This document shows, piece after piece, positions 35,806 to 37,645 of a DNA stretch of 37,645 bases. Source of the DNA: Octopus bimaculoides (taxonomy: Eukaryota). The stretch lies in NCBI RefSeq assembly GCF_001194135.2, contig NC_068981.1, positions 123,732,298-123,769,942 of the forward strand. Direction: 5' to 3'. Each line of letters opens with the position of its first letter. Position 1 is the first letter of the stretch. The position numbers were made by a program, and so were the translations under genes. A model generated the notes under the pieces. The model saw nothing but the letters and a program-made list of their open reading frames with translations, was not told where the DNA came from and ran no database searches.

Positions 35806-35865
35806 ATCATAGACGCGTTTCTGAATCAGAAAAGTGAAAACTTTTCATTTCCTCATCAGTATGAT
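35806..35865 (-). ncRNA. Minimal type I hammerhead ribozyme motif (possibly decayed)
   Basis: Minus strand reads AUCAUA-CUGAUGA-[31-nt stem II]-GAAAC-GC-GUC-UAUGAU. Core intact, perfect 6-bp stem I, palindromic ACGCGU stem III. The stem II closing pair is G/A instead of G-C. Confidence 0.7.
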
Positions 35866-36457
35866 ATTCTAGTTTGCAAATTTGACGATGCTGGCAATTG
35901 TGCATGCACGACCAAGCGACATCGTACATCAGCACAATATGAACAGCATCTCCGAACTTACATANNNNNNNNNNNNNNNNNNNNNNNNNNNNNNNNNNNN
36001 NNNNNNNNNNNNNNNNNNNNNNNNNNNNNNNNNNNNNNNNNNNNNNNNNNNNNNNNNNNNNNNNNNNNNNNNNNNNNNNNNNNNNNNNNNNNNNNNNNNN
36101 NNNNNNNNNNNNNNNNNNNNNNNNNNNNNNNNNNNNNNNNNNNNNNNNNNNNNNNNNNNNNNNNNNNNNNNNNNNNNNNNNNNNNNNNNNNNNNNNNNNN
36201 NNNNNNNNNNNNNNNNNNNNNNNNNNNNNNNNNNNNNNNNNNNNNNNNNNNNNNNNNNNNNNNNNNNNNNNNNNNNNNNNNNNNNNNNNNNNNNNNNNNN
36301 NNNNNNNNNNNNNNNNNNNNNNNNNNNNNNNNNNNNNNNNNNNNNNNNNNNNNNNNNNNNNNNNNNNNNNNNNNNNNNNNNNNNNNNNNNNNNNNNNNNN
36401 NNNNNNNNNNNNNNNNNNNNNNNNNNNNNNNNNNNNNNNNNNNNNNNNNNNNNNNNN

Positions 36458-36582
36458 ATTTTTTCCTCAGATGAAATACGAAACATGTCCAAAATTTCAG
36501 GCCTTGTATCTATAGTAGAAAGGATTGTTCCTAAAGTCCATTCAATCATGGACATGTTTCGTATTTCATCTGAGGAAAAAAT
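36458..36582. repeat. 34-bp perfect inverted repeat around a 57-bp spacer holding a SINE A 3' end
   Basis: 36458-36491 is the exact reverse complement of 36549-36582; abuts an N-gap. Confidence 0.85.
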
Positions 36583-36658
36583 TACACTTTTGATGTTTAG
36601 AGAGCCCCTATTTTCGTTCCCTTCAACGACCTCAATTTTTATTTCCTTTCAATCACAG

Positions 36659-36717
36659 TGGTATGTTTGCCAATAAGAAAGGAATGTGTTTCACCTCGAC
36701 AAATTTGAAACCATTAG
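36659..36717 (+). CDS. Weak candidate 59-nt internal exon of an unknown gene
   Basis: Acceptor atttttatttcctttcaatcacag and donor TAG|GTAAGT. One open frame, GMFANKKGMCFTSTNLKPL. No homology recognised. Confidence 0.25.
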
Positions 36718-37592
36718 GTAAGTGACCGCGATAGTCTTTCAGCGTATGTCATCACTTCGTATACCTAATTAAAGTAAATCAACCGAATCGTTTTGTTTAA
36801 ATTTTATTTTGGTCTAAAGTTACACATGGAGCTTACAGTATTAGGACGAAATTTCTCACCATCAACCAATAACAAGTATTTTGTTTACAAACATAATTCA
36901 TGAGTATCCAGAGAGCAAAACAAATGTTGTTGTTTTGGCTTCTATGCTATTAACTTCATATAAAGTGAATGAGCTTTCTGTATTCATAAATCTAATGAGA
37001 TTCCCTGCGTGTCAGTCACCCGAGAAAGTGAGGACTAAAGTTCCACTACCGAAAAAACAACAAGTTTTGCTATAATGCTTTCCTCTAACACACACTTTCC
37101 CGTCAATAATCTCCAAACACATACGATTTCCCTCTCCACTTTATTATGCAGTACAGCGTCATCTTTAGAGCTTAATAAAGTGATGCCTTTTGAAATAGAC
37201 CTCACATTTAGGCTCCAATTCAACATATTAAACCGTCTTTTCTTCTCCATGGCTTTCTTTTGCTCTTTCTCAATATCTCTGACAACTGATTTTATAACAT
37301 TTCGATACGCTCTTTTTTTTCCCAACATTTTTTCTTAAAAATGCTTAGAACCTGATTAACATCAAAATGACATTACACCTATGACGTACAATAATAAACA
37401 AAATAAAGCATTTCATCCTATCAGTTCTGTTGTTGGTCGCGTGACATCTTGTCTGCTCTTTCAATTACGTCACATGATAGATATATTATGTCGTCTGCTC
37501 TTTCTACAATATCACAAGATACATTACGACGTCTGCAGAATGCGTCGCTTTCTCTCTCGTTCTTTCTCTCATTCTCTCTCTCGCTCGCTCTT

Positions 37593-37645
<53 letters not shown>

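Noticed and set aside
12605-36676. Long ORFs containing X runs (e.g. 19470..20594, 20625..21953, 35882..36676)
   Set aside because: Their length comes from N-gaps (10122-10832, 12681-13022, 17645-18247, 19495-20133, 20814-21681, 29649-30026, 31100-31493, 34307-34476, 35965-36457).
37445-37530. Two to three degenerate ~40-bp tandem units (gtctgctctttc...)
   Set aside because: Too short and decayed to classify; probably a fragment of a dispersed repeat.

Overview
AT-rich eukaryotic non-coding DNA from a gapped draft assembly: nine N-gaps, about 4.6 kb in total. The repeat families and microsatellite load look like an octopod cephalopod, probably Octopus (inferred from recognising the repeats, not from a search). 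I find no intact protein-coding gene, rRNA, tRNA or CRISPR array. Nearly all listed ORFs are artefacts of microsatellites or N-gaps. The window is a layered transposon landscape: more than 20 copies of one tRNA-headed SINE (family A), many in head-to-tail arrays; four copies of a second SINE (family B); a third short (CAA)n-tailed retroposon (family C); fossils of I-group-like and RTE-like LINEs; Penelope-like element (PLE) GIY-YIG and RT remnants, the RT split by a 149-bp solo LTR; several TIR/MITE elements; a 40-bp minisatellite with higher-order structure; and many simple repeats. The most notable signal is a minimal type I hammerhead ribozyme motif on the minus strand at 35806-35865, in an ORF-less module near the PLE remnants. 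One weak candidate internal exon lies at 36659-36717.
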